Below, in pieces: positions 1 through 11,504 of a DNA stretch of 58,074 bases. The stretch lies in the NCBI GenBank assembly GCA_013239625.1, contig MU053802.1:141363-199436 (forward strand), written 5' to 3'. Under the pieces are notes generated by a model. It was not told the DNA's origin. It worked only from the letters and a program-made list of their open reading frames with translations, and did not search any database. The DNA is from Lama guanicoe (taxonomy: Eukaryota). A program made the translations under genes and the position numbers. Within the stretch, counting starts at the first letter, position 1. The number at the start of each line of letters is the position of its first letter.

Positions 1-119
1 ATTAAGAAATACTTCAAAAAGAACTATTTCTGCAGGTTTTGATGTTTTACAAGTTGAATATACAGCCAATGAAACCATATTATCATGAATTCAGGTGAAA
101 AAAAAACTTTAAATGAAGT

Positions 120-205
120 ACAACATATATAAATATTAAATCACTATGTTGTACACCTGAAACTAATACAATATTGTAAATAAACTATACTTTAATAAAA
201 AAAAT
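120..205 (+). mobile_element. LINE-1 3' terminus fragment with A-rich tail
   Basis: Typical L1 3' end motif aaatcactatgttgtacacctgaaactaatacaatattgtaaat followed by aataaaaaaaa. Confidence 0.7.
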
Positions 206-339
206 CCAAATTTCAAACAGGAAAAATACCACCAAAACAAGCTAAGATAAAAATCTAATCTAAAATATAGACTATATTCAGGATAAAATGAGCTTTGATG
301 GAAGTCTGAGATACAAGAAGGAATACTAAATAAAAATAT

Positions 340-1372
340 TTGGTATATCTTCAACAAATGTTGTTGGGAAAAATATATCTACATACAAGAAAATGAAGTT
401 AGACTCATCTTAAGCCATAGACAAAAATTAACTTGACAATGGATTAAAGACCTAAGCATAATACTTAAAACTCTAAAATGACTAGGAGGAAACATAGGGG
501 AGAAGCTTCATTGGATATGGCAATGATTTCTTGGATACTTCCTCAAAAGCAAAATTAAAAAAAGCAAAAAATCATTAGATCATTAGTACTACATCAAGGT
601 AAAGAACTTTTGTGAAGCAAAGGAAACAATCAGTGCTGTCAAAAGGTAACTATAGAGAAGGAGATAATATCTGCCAATTTTATGTCTCATAGGGGGTTAA
701 TAGCCAGAATATATAAAGAACTCCCATAACACTAAAATAAAATAATCCAATTAAAAATGAGCAAAAAACTTGAATAAACATTTCTCCAAAGATGGGGTAC
801 AAATAGCCAACAATCATATTTTTTTAAATGATCAATATCACTAATCATTAGAGAAATGCAGATTAAAGCCACAAGGAGGTATCACTTCCCACCCACTACA
901 ACGGTGACTATAAAAGATGTGGAGAAACTGGACCCCATGTGCATTGCTGGAAAGATTCTAGAATTGTGCAGCCACTACAGAAAACAGCATGAATGTTCCT
1001 CAAAAACTAAAAATAGAACTGCCAAATGATCCAACAATCCCCAAGAATTTATGCACGCTACACCACGGATAAGCCTTTCGGCCATTATACACAGAAGATA
1101 AGCCACTTAGAAAAAGACAACCACTATGTCACCCCACCTATATAAGGTTTCTAAAGTAGCCAATTCATAAAAAACAGAAAGAAAATGGTGCTTACCAGGA
1201 ACTAAGGAAGGGGAAAATGGAGAGTTGTTTAATGAATAGAGTTTCAGTTTTGCAAGATGAAAAAGTTCTAGACATCTGTTTCACAAAGTGTGCATGTATT
1301 TAACATGGCTGAATTGTGTATTAAACAATGGTTAAGATAGCAATTTTGTATGTTTTTATCACAATAAAAATG
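340..1372 (+). mobile_element. Old LINE-1 (L1M-type) ORF2 C-terminal and 3'UTR remnant
   Basis: L1 motifs cttcaacaaatg, atcactaatcattagagaaatgca, gcagccact, gagtttcagttttgcaagatgaaaaagttctag; no open frame. Confidence 0.8.
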
Positions 1373-1719
1373 TTACATAAATATCTGCATACAGTTAAGT
1401 GCAAAAAACAATAATAGCATTTCATTTGTCTCAGAGAGAAAACAAGCTTGAAAACAAAACAAAACAATATCATATAAGATGAAGGCATGTGAATCATCAT
1501 CTTTTTTTAGAATCTTTTTATGGTTTGGTAGGGAATGTAAAGATGTTAATTATATGTGACTCCATGCTTAGAGTAAGCTAGTAGAAAGAGGTACCAAAAA
1601 ATAGAATACACACTTAAAGTTTTCAAACCAATAGAGGGGAAAAAAAATGAAATGAGGGAAAAGAAAACATAATTCAATACATTAGAAGGCAAAACACAGA
1701 ACAAAAGAAACCAAGCGGG

Positions 1720-2665
1720 ACATATAGAATGTAAATAAGATGCAGTAATACATCAGTAATCAGATGTAACTCCAAAAAGCAATTTAGTTAAAGACAAAAC
1801 TAGCCATCATGAATTCAATAAAATAAAAAAGCAAAGTATTTGGTATCTAAAAGGGACACACATGAGACACAAAATCTCAAATGGTCAAATGTTTAAAGAA
1901 GATAAAGATATACAGGCAGAAATATTAATCAAAAAAGTATAATCTATTAATATCAGAAAAAAGTTTTAACCTAAACCATGACTAGAGATAGAGATACACT
2001 ATAGAATGATAATAGTCTAATTTGTTGGGAAAATGAAATACTATAAACAAATATGTAGACAATATATAATAATATAGTGTAAAACTATTTTAAAACTATG
2101 AACAGCAATTAATCTACCAAACAGTGGCAAATAATATTTAATGTTAATAACATACCTTTCTACTATTTGATAGATGAAGCAGTCAAAAACAGCACTATAG
2201 AGAATATATAAACAGCACAATTAAAAAGACTAAGGCATATATAGAAAACTTTGCACCCAGCCATTGTACAAGACACATTTAAAAGCAAGGATTTTTTTTT
2301 AATGAATACTGGTCAATTCTAAGGTCATACTGCCAGCCTCAAGTTACTTCAAAGACTGACATGATACAGACTATAGTTTCTGTCCAAAAAAGTGACTAAA
2401 GGAGAAATTAATAAAAAAGAAAGATTGGGAAAGCAACATATTTTTGCAAATAAAAATTATGTCACTGAAAAATATGTAGGCTTAGAAGAAATTATAAAAG
2501 ATGAAGAAGATAATTAGAATTTAAAAATAACAAAAACACTGTGTGTCAAGCTGGTGAAATTCAGATAGAGCAGTCCTTAGAAGAAAACTTACAGCTTTAA
2601 ATGTTTGTATTGGAAAAGAAATGATACTTGAAATTAATGAGTTAAACTTGCAAAAGAAGAAGTAA
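1720..2665 (+). mobile_element. Highly diverged ancient LINE-1 ORF2 5' remnant
   Basis: A-rich sequence with degenerate L1 motifs (agagcagtccttagaagaaaacttacagctttaaatg). Confidence 0.5.
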
Positions 2666-2674
2666 AAAAGACTA

Positions 2675-4335
2675 TTAAATCTACAGATTTAATGCAATCT
2701 GTATCAAAATATCCATGATATTTTTCACAGAACTAGAAAAAAAAGTCCTAAAATTACATAGAACGAGAAAAGACCTCAAATTGCCAAAGAAATCTGAGAA
2801 AAAAAGAAGAAAGCTAAAGATATCACACTTTCAGACTTTAGACTATACCGCAAAGCTACAGTAATCCGAAGTGGTATTGGCACAGAAACAGATGTGTAGA
2901 ACAATGGAACAGAATGGAGGGCCTGGAAATAAACACACACACTTACGTTATGGACGATTAATCTAAAACAAAGGAGGTAAGAATATACAATGGAGAAAAG
3001 ATAGCCTTTTCAATAAATGGTGCTGAGAAAACTGGACAGCTACATGGAAAAGGATGCAATTATAACAGTTCGTCACACCATGTACAAAAATAAACTCAAA
3101 ATATATTAAAGACATAAATGAAAGACCTGAAACTGTAAAACTCCTCAAAGAGAACATAGGCAGAGCACTCTTTGACATAAATAGTAGCAATTTTGGGGAG
3201 ATCTGTCTCCTAAGGCAAAAGAAATAAAAGCAAAAATAAACAAAAGGGACCTAATTAAGCTTAAAAGATTTCACACAGGAAAGGAAACCACTGACAAAAC
3301 AAAAAGACAAGCTACTGAATTGGAGAATATGTTTGCACATGACATGGATGACAAGGAGTTAATATCCAAAATGTGTAAACAGCTCTTACAACTCAACACT
3401 AGAAACATTCAATTGAAAAATGGGCAGAAGACTAACATTTTTCCAAAAAAAGACACACAGATGGCTAACAGGTGCATGAAAAGATGCTCAACATCACTAA
3501 TTATTAGAGAAATACAAATCAAACACATGAGATATCACCTTACACCTGTCAGAATGGCTATCACCAAAAAGTCTACAAATAACAAATGTTGGCGAGAATG
3601 TGGAGAAAAGGGAACCCTTGTACACTGTTGGTGGGAATGCAAATTGGTGCAGCCACTATGGAAGGCAATATGGAAGTTCCTTAAAACACTAAAAACAGGA
3701 CTAACATATGATCCAATAACTTCATTCTTGGGTATATATCTGGGAAGAAATGAAAAAAATTAATTTGAAAGGATACATACACCCCAATGTTCATAGCAGC
3801 ATTACTTACAATAGCCAAAATACAGAAGCAACCCAAGTTCCAATCGACAGATGAGTGGATAAAGATGTGATACACATACACGGGTATTACTCAGACATGA
3901 AAAAAGAATGAAATTCCATCATTTGCAGCAACATGGATGGACCTAGAAAATATTATGTTTATTGAAATGAAATCAGACAGAGAAAGACAAATACTGTATA
4001 AAATCACTTACGTGTGGAATCTAAAAAAAATAATACAAACAAATGTATACATAAAACAGAAGGAGATTCACAGATATAGAAAACAAACTTGTGGTTACCA
4101 AAGGAGAAAGAGAAGGGAGAAGGGGCAAAATAGGATATGGGATTAAGAAACACCAACTCCTATGTAGAAAATAAATAAGTAAAAAGATAAGATTGTACAG
4201 CACTGAGAATTACACTTATTATCTTGCAATAGTTTTTAATGGAGTATAATCTGTAAAAATACTGAATCCCTATGCTGTATACCTGAAACTAATATAAAAT
4301 TGTAAATCAAATATATGTCAATGAACTAAAAAAGA
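2675..4335 (+). mobile_element. LINE-1, 5'-truncated (ORF2 C-terminus plus 3'UTR), disabled
   Basis: ORF 3320-3763 gives [46 protein letters not shown], the L1 ORF2 C-terminal region; L1 3'UTR follows. Confidence 0.92.
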
Positions 4336-5329
4336 GAAGATATTAAAGAAAGAAAATAATGAAAATATAAGAATGAAAAATCAGTTAATATTGTTGATTG
4401 GCCACTTACAATAATACAATTTATTTGCCCCTCATTGTACACAGTTAAGAAATATGATAGAAAGTTAAGGGATTTGTTTATTTCTTCCCCATTGCAACAC
4501 TTTAGAAAATATCATTTTATTAGTAATCCTATGTACAAGAAAAGTGTTGAACTTTGAAGGCTAATGGCACGGGTACTGCAATTAGGTAAGAGAAACTTTC
4601 TCATATATTATCTTGCTCTTACAAGCTGATTTAACTTGATTAATCTTGTTCCAAAGCTTTCTATATTCTATAAGTCTTTATTTTCAAAAATTATGTATAG
4701 TTTTAAACTTTCTCTGAAACTTTATCATCCTTTATATCTTTCTCTTCAGTACTTTTTAAAATGATTTTCATGTTATATTTTCAGGGGTTTGTTCAAAGAA
4801 TCTAAATGGAAATTGATCAGCACCTATAACTATTACAATGTAGACTCATAATTCTTAAACTAAAAATAACTATATAAAGAATTACATATGCATTAATGTA
4901 TTATAAGCCAGTTGTAAATTTTTATGTGTAAAATCTATTGATGCTACACAGTAGTTTCATTTAGTTTTCATTGTAACTGTTGCAACATCCTGGACAGCTC
5001 CATACCCACAGTAATAACAACAACATTCAATTATCGAGAGATCAAACCTTCTTTAGCTGCATTTGCATTCCCTCCAAAAGTCAAAGTGTATTTGAGTCAT
5101 TCCAGATGAATTTGCCAAAGGTAAAAAATCATTTAACAATTAGTTAAAAACCAAAGATTAACATCAAGACAATCTCAGTCAGGGGAGACTTTTAAGGTTA
5201 GCATTCAAGACAGAACCCAGAAATTGATAAATTTGTTTCCTAATAATTTTAAATTCTATAACTAATCAAACAAACAATATAGTAGAGGGAATTTTATGTC
5301 TTCCTTTTTAATCCTTATGTGTATAATCT

Positions 5330-6700
5330 CATTTTCTTGCCTTAAGGTGCTATTATTTCCACGAAAACATTATAAAAAAAAAAAGGAAGGAGAGTGGTAG
5401 TTATACTTGTTTTTTTACCTATGTCAAATAAATAATTTAAGTATTTCCCCAATAATAATGGTATTTGTACTAATTTTTGATTCTTTTTATATGATTAAGA
5501 AAGTATTCTTCTATTCCTAGTTTGCTCAGGGTTTGTTGTTGTTAAATCATTAATAGATTGTTTTCTTGATTTAGTTGAGATACATCTAATGGTGCATATA
5601 TATATACACACAAACACATAAATAATGTATAATACATATATACACATTTTGATGCATTTATATCTGTACTTGAAATATACATAATACATTTTACATATTA
5701 TTTATATATTTATAGACAGATGCATATATATACCTGCATTTGGTTTGGTAATTTGGAAAGGATTTTACACATATATTCAGTGGTTAGTCTGGGTTAAAAT
5801 TTTCCTTTCTTATACTGTCCTTGTCATCAGGATGACTATCAAAGTTTTGCTAGATATATAAATAAGCAAGTGTATTCTTTTTTAAAAAATTTCCTGTAAG
5901 ATTTTATGTAAGATTATACTTATTTCTTATTTGATTGTTGGATAGAACTCACTGATTAAGCCATCTGAGCCTGAATATTCATTATTGAAAAAACTGACTA
6001 ATAATTCAACCAAATAGTAATTTGATTTCTTTAGTGCTTACAGAAGCATTCAGGCTTTTTATTTGTTCTTGAGTAAGAACTTGGTAATATTTTGTAGTAA
6101 TTTGCCATTTCGTTTATATTTTTAAGTTACTGGCATAATGTTCAAAATATTCTTTGTTCTTATATTGGTGTCTAAAGCATCTATGGTTATAATAATCTTT
6201 TTATTCTAAATATTAGGTAATTGTGCTTTTCTGTTTTCTTCCTTAATCTCTTTTCAGCCATTTCTCTTTTTATCTAAGTTGTTTCAAAATACCAACTTTC
6301 TTTATATTTTGTGCCATGTTTCATGTTTTTAATTTTTATTTATTACTTCTTCCTTTATGTACTTTTCTATTTATTTCATTGCTCTTTTTCTAGCCTCTTT
6401 ATGAGGATGTTTACTTGTTTAGTTTAGGGTATATCTTATTTCCTAATGTGAGCAGTTAAGCTTATGAATTTCCTTCTAAATACTGCTTTATGTGTATCTT
6501 CCAGGCTTGGTATTCTCAGTATTTTTGTTAGAACTGAAAATAATTTCTAATTTTCATTATAACTTCTTCTTGACTAAATTGGATATCTGATGTATATTTT
6601 TAAATGTTAAAATATGTGAGATTTTTCTAGTTACCTTTCTGACACTGATTTCTAACTTAATTTCATTGTGTCTGAAAACATAGTTTGTATTATTTCAACC
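5330..6700 (-). mobile_element. Ancient LINE-1 remnant, antisense
   Basis: T-rich; motifs ttctattcctagtttgctcaggg, gatagaactcactgattaagccatctgagcctg, ttccttctaaatactgcttta. Confidence 0.65.
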
Positions 6701-6907
6701 CTTTAGGCTATTTAACATTTCTTTTAAAATTACATCTTTTAAAAAATTCTTCGAGTTTGAGTAATTTCCATTTATTTAAGTTTTCTGAGTTACTTACTCT
6801 GCTATTTGATGAACCAAAGAAGATTTTTTTTAAGTAAGTTATATTTGAAAAAATGATGAACCTTTGCTTATACAAAACTAAAGAGAACTCTTGATGGGAT
6901 AAACTAC

Positions 6908-7023
6908 CTTCTCCCCTGGGGTCACAGAAACTCTCCAGATGCAGTATGTATAAGAAGAGTAGCCACTGGAAAATCCTGTGGAGGAAAGGTTGCCATTGGA
7001 TTCTTGTAGAGTTTCTCCACATG
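6908..7023 (-). pseudogene. TLL1: Isolated duplicated TLL1 (tolloid-like 1) exon, start of CUB1 domain; frame open but conserved residues replaced
   Basis: ttttttctttcag|CA TGT GGA ... GAG AAG|gtagtt, 116 nt. Translates (A)[38 protein letters not shown] versus recalled TLL1 [39 protein letters not shown]. No other TLL1 exon recognised nearby. Confidence 0.9.
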
Positions 7024-8560
7024 CTGAAAGAAAAAAATACACATTTTTTATTTTTTGAAAAAATGAAAAAGATTATTCTTTAATTTTTATGAAAGACATT
7101 GGCATCATAAATAAAACTTGAGTTTTATTATACAGATAAGGTGTTAAAATATGTATTTGTATTTTATAAAAGACTTTCCTTTCTAAGTAATTTCTATGTC
7201 TTACCAGAATTTCAGTATACTTAGTGGGATCACCAGAGCTAGCTATAAAGAAGATTATGAGATAAATAACCTGGCATTCATAAGGTTCTTTGTCATTCAT
7301 TCCCAAGAAGTCAGTAGCCTAATTATAAATCACCCACAATCAATTCAGGCCAGTGGATACCTAGTTGATGTGCCTCTGAGGCCACATGATATATTCTATT
7401 AACACTTTGATGTAGAATGAGGCTAATTTTAATAATGAATACTGTATCAAAATTGAAAAAGAAGAAATCTTAAATAATAACTAATAACTACTTATATTGG
7501 TACCAAAATGTCATATACAATGAAAATTTTTCTAAAGATAAGCTAGAAAAAAATTGAAAGATAAAAACACCATGGGAGACTAAAAGTTTCCAACAAGATA
7601 TAGACATTTATTTACTCTGTTTTTTTGTTGATCATGAGGAGAAATTGCTGGAAAAGCAATTATGTTTTTTCCTCTTACTGAGTCTAATTTCTTGGAAATA
7701 ATTACCAGTCATCTGAAATAGCAAATAATCAGCTGCTCAGCCTCAAGATCTGTGTGATTGGTATCTCTAGGGCCATGTCTACAAAGTCCAAAGCAGAGGG
7801 TAATTAGCTCATTGGTTCAGCCAAGGCTTGTAGTGAAAAGCATTCTACTGTGGATTTTCCTGTTGCTTCTGCAGGACATGGTATGAGACACATAAATCTA
7901 GGCTGTTTTAGTGTCCTTAATTCAAGAATAATTCCTCTGCTGCAGCCAGCTGTCTTTATAACCTTGATCAACAGCTCCTCCTCTCTTAAGGAGACTGAAA
8001 TAAAACTCACACAGCACCATATGACAGAGCCATAGCTACCAGCAAGTGAACTCTTGTCTCATCAAATCAATAATGTACAAATGGTTCTGTATATCTTGAG
8101 TTAAATGAAGAAACAAAAATACAAAGGTGACTATAAAAACATAAATATAAAAAGTCTGATAAGATATGAATGTTTACTTAGAATAAAAGGTATTGTTTTC
8201 ACAACAAATAAATTTAAAGTAAGCAATGTTATTCTGATGAATAGGCAGACAAAAGCAACTTTAGAATGAAAGAAAAATGCTCAAGGTAAAAAATATATAA
8301 TCAGCAGTTTCCATGAATTTATCAAGTTTCATAAGGGAACTTGATAAATGTGACCTTACAAGAACCCTTAGAAAAATGAAAGTTTGTCAACATTTATTAA
8401 TACAAACAATGTGCTTCTAACTAGGATCAGTTTAGACGTTAAATAGTCATTTGGGAGTTGAGTGTATTTCAATTAAAAAAAGCTGCAATTCACAGCAGTT
8501 TAAAAATAAATTCTGAAATGACTGAAAATCCACTAAGTCACACAGAATTCTGGTACTGGA

Positions 8561-8689
8561 ATCCAGCAACTCCACATAAAAACGCTATGAACAGATAATT
8601 GTACCCCATGTTCATTGCAGTATTATTAAGCCAAGATATGAAAACAACCTAAGTGTCCATCAGTGGATGAATGGATAACAAATGTGACT

Positions 8690-8730
<41 letters not shown>

Positions 8731-8760
8731 GAATATTATTCAGCCATAATAATTCAGCCA
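8561..8760 (+). mobile_element. LINE-1 3' fragment containing a (CA)n microsatellite (~8693-8727)
   Basis: aaacaacctaagtgtccatcagtggatgaatggataa ... ggaatattattcagccata; lies at the right breakpoint of duplication copy 1. Confidence 0.85.
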
Positions 8761-8819
8761 CTTTCCCAAACATGCATATGAGCTGCAACAGAGAAAGACG
8801 CAGGATTCAGTGATTACTA

Positions 8820-9320
8820 ATCTGGGGAGGCACCCCAACCAGGGCAGCGGCCCAGAACCCGCCTCAGGGCCCAAACGGGAAGCGCAGCCTGGACCTCACC
8901 TCTGCACCCCTCCCTGTGCGACTCCTCAACTGCACAGCCCAGGCCTCACCCGCCGACTCCCCGACCTGCGCGCCCCCACCAGCGCCCCCTTACCTGCTCG
9001 GGGACGGCAGCAGGGGCGACGGCAAGCGGCGGCGGCCCAGACCCCAGGCCGCGTTCCTCCTCCCGGAGCCGGCCCAGGAGCACCCGGCTCCCGCCCAGCT
9101 TCCCCGCGCTCTGGGCGCGCCCCTCCCCCCACCTCCCACCCCGCAGAGCTGACACATGGCTGGGGCTCCTGCAGTAGGGACTCTGCGACTGGAGCCGGGC
9201 GCTGGGGCCGGCCAACCTCGTGGACCAGGCCGGCCGGGTCCCCAACCCCAAGGCCCCCACCCTTAGCTAGAGTCCACAGGGTCCCGTCACTTAACTAGAA
9301 CCACCGTAGGCCCCGAGCCA
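8820..9320 (-). promoter_or_regulatory. CpG-island-like segment with candidate minus-strand first exon (donor CAG|GTAAGG at 8994/8993)
   Basis: Abrupt switch to GC/CpG-rich DNA; + strand ccttacctgctc is a consensus 5' splice site on the minus strand. Parent gene not recognised. Confidence 0.5.
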
Positions 9321-9714
9321 GGCCACACCCCCAGCCCCCCAACCAAGCTGCCCCTCATGCCTCACCTCTGCCCCCCCCAACATTCAGAGATAGTCCCTTC
9401 ACCCTTCACCGCGCAATTACCCCCTCACCCCTCAGCCAGGACCCCCACTCCAAGCGGCCTTCATGCCGAGCCGAGCTCACTCACCCCACAGCTGGATCAC
9501 TTCCACTCCCAGTGACCCTTAACCCCTCAGCCTGTCCCCTCCCTCACCGCGGGATCCCACCACACCCAGAGTGCACCCCTAACCCAGCTGACCCTCTCAC
9601 CCCTCACTTCGCAGGGGCGGGGCCATCCGGGCTCCGATCACCATTGCAACAGCCGACAGACAGTGATCCCGGGCAGTATGTGGGCACACAGCCCTGTGTC
9701 CCAGGCTCCGGGGC

Positions 9715-9856
9715 CTGGGCAGGCAGGGCTAGAGGTTGTTCCAATTCCTGCCCTGCCTCCTTCCCCCACCCCCAACCCCCCCACACTGGGCAGGCAGGGC
9801 TAGAGGTTGTTCCAATTCCTGCCCGGACGCCTTCCCCCACCCCCAACCCCCCCACC
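9715..9856 (+). repeat. Two-copy 71-bp tandem repeat with C-runs
   Basis: ctgggcaggcagggctagaggttgttccaattcctgccc...ccttcccccacccccaaccccc starts at 9715 and 9786. Confidence 0.9.
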
Positions 9857-9989
9857 CCTCACCACCTCCACTCCCCCGCAACCACCGCCCCATGCCTAGT
9901 GCTGCCTCTGAGCCGATGGGTCAGGGTGGTCCCGGGCTGCACAGCGTTTATCAGTGGGACCTGGGTGGTTGATGGCGCTGCCAGGAGGG

Positions 9990-10705
9990 AGGGTGCAGCC
10001 CGGCCCGGGATGGACAGCAGGCAGCAGCAGCCATGGCAGTGGTGGCGGCAGAGCAGGGGTCAGCCCTGGGAGAGCCAGTGCACTTGCTCTGATCTCCCAC
10101 GCTGCCTGGCTGCCTGGCCTGGGGGCACTTCTGCTGTGCCAGCTTCTTGCAAAGAATTTCTCCCTGTCAGCTTGCTCCTGGGAGGCAGCAGGGGTGTGGT
10201 CAGGGGGCTGCGGGGGCGGCAGCAGCAACTGTAGGATTGGGACTTCCCCATGCTAGAGTTGGGATTTGCTCCCGTTTCCCACTGTCACTGTCGCTGTCAC
10301 TGTCGCTGTCGCTGTCTCTGTCCCCGCCCCAGCACACTGATCGCACCAAGCCGGCCTCTCAGGAGCAGGCTGACCTGATGACATGCCTCCAGCGAAATTG
10401 GGGCAACAGAGGCAGCCCCCAGGCCAGGCGGCCAGGGAGATGGAATCAATGCAAGGGCTTACACAAGGCAGCCTCACTCCCACCACCACCACCACTGCCC
10501 TCGCCCCTGACCGCACTGTGCCAGCCTCCTGGGAGACAACCCACCTAAAGACCTGGATCCAGTCAACCTGGAGCAGCAGAGACCACCCCCAGATCAGGCT
10601 GTGGGGGAAATGGGAGCAAATAAATGGCTCCCAAGGGACAGCCCCCCTCCTCCTGCTGCTGCTACTACCACTACCATCCTCCCAGCCCCCTGACCACACC
10701 GAGTC
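9990..10705. repeat. Degenerate ~170-183 bp GC-rich repeat: two and a bit direct units plus one inverted unit
   Basis: Anchor ctga(c/t)c(a/g)cac at 10337, 10507, 10690 (+) and ~10194-10203 (-); shared caggagca(a/g)gctgac and cccccaggccaggc. Confidence 0.7.
10281..10322 (+). repeat. (CTGTCR)n hexamer microsatellite
   Basis: actgtcactgtcgctgtcactgtcgctgtcgctgtctctgtc. Confidence 0.85.
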
Positions 10706-10711
10706 TTCGGT

Positions 10712-11352
10712 CTTACCAAGGTGCACATAGAGGGAACATACGCCAACATCATCAAAGCTATTTATGGCAAACCTACAACCAGCATCATACTCTACAAGAA
10801 AAGCTGAAAGCCTGTCTGCTGAAATTTGGAACAAGACAAGGATGCCTACTCTCACCACTTCTATTCAATACAGTATTGGCAATCCCAGTAGAGCGACCGG
10901 ACAAGAAAAGGAAATAAAAGGGATCCAAATTGGAAAAAGAAGAGGTAAAACTGTCATTATATCTGAAGGGCATGATACTATATATAGAAAACCCTAAAGG
11001 CTCCACATAAAAAACAGCTAGAGCTGACAAAAGAATTCGTCAAGGTAGCAGAATACAACAATATACAGAAATCAGTGGCATTTCTTTACACGAAAGTACT
11101 AATCGCTTTTAAATCCGCATCCCCAAAATAAAATACTCAGGAATAAATCTGACCCAGAAAGTGAAAGGCTTCTATGAGGAGACCTACAAAACCCTGACTC
11201 AGGAAATTAAAGAGGACTTAGAGAAATGGAAAGACATCCCATGTTCTTGCATCGGAAGAATTGTGTTCAAACAGCCAGGCTGCCCAAGGCAATCTACGGA
11301 TTTAATGCGATCCCTATCGAATTACCCAGAACGGTTTTCACAGAACTACATC
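10712..11352 (+). mobile_element. Internal LINE-1 ORF2 (RT region) fragment
   Basis: Translations include GTRQGCLLSPLLFNTVLA and KEDLEKWKDIPCSCIGRI; frameshifted and truncated at both ends. Confidence 0.9.
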
Positions 11353-11504
11353 ATCTAGCGGACAAGAAATTGAAAATAAACAGGACTTCCTTTTCCCTTG
11401 TCTAGAAAAACAAGTGTCCCAAAAGGGCGCAGCCTGGGCCGAGGCTCCAGCCTTTGGCAGTGAGTAACCACAAGCTAAGACTGGAGCCCAGATTAGGTCC
11501 TTAC

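Larger units (their letters stand above)
843..8560 (+). repeat. Segmental duplication copy 1 (paralog of ~43890-51808)
   Basis: Colinear direct match over repeat and unique DNA, e.g. ctaatggcacgggta(c/t)tgcaattaggtaagagaaac and aaataatcagctgctcagcctcaa. Match ends at ctggtactgga. Roughly 85-90% identity by eye. Confidence 0.95.

Noticed and set aside
8810..10860. Many long overlapping ORFs (162-240 aa) on both strands
   Set aside because: Expected in very GC-rich DNA; low-complexity Pro/Gly/Ala/Arg products with no recognisable domain.
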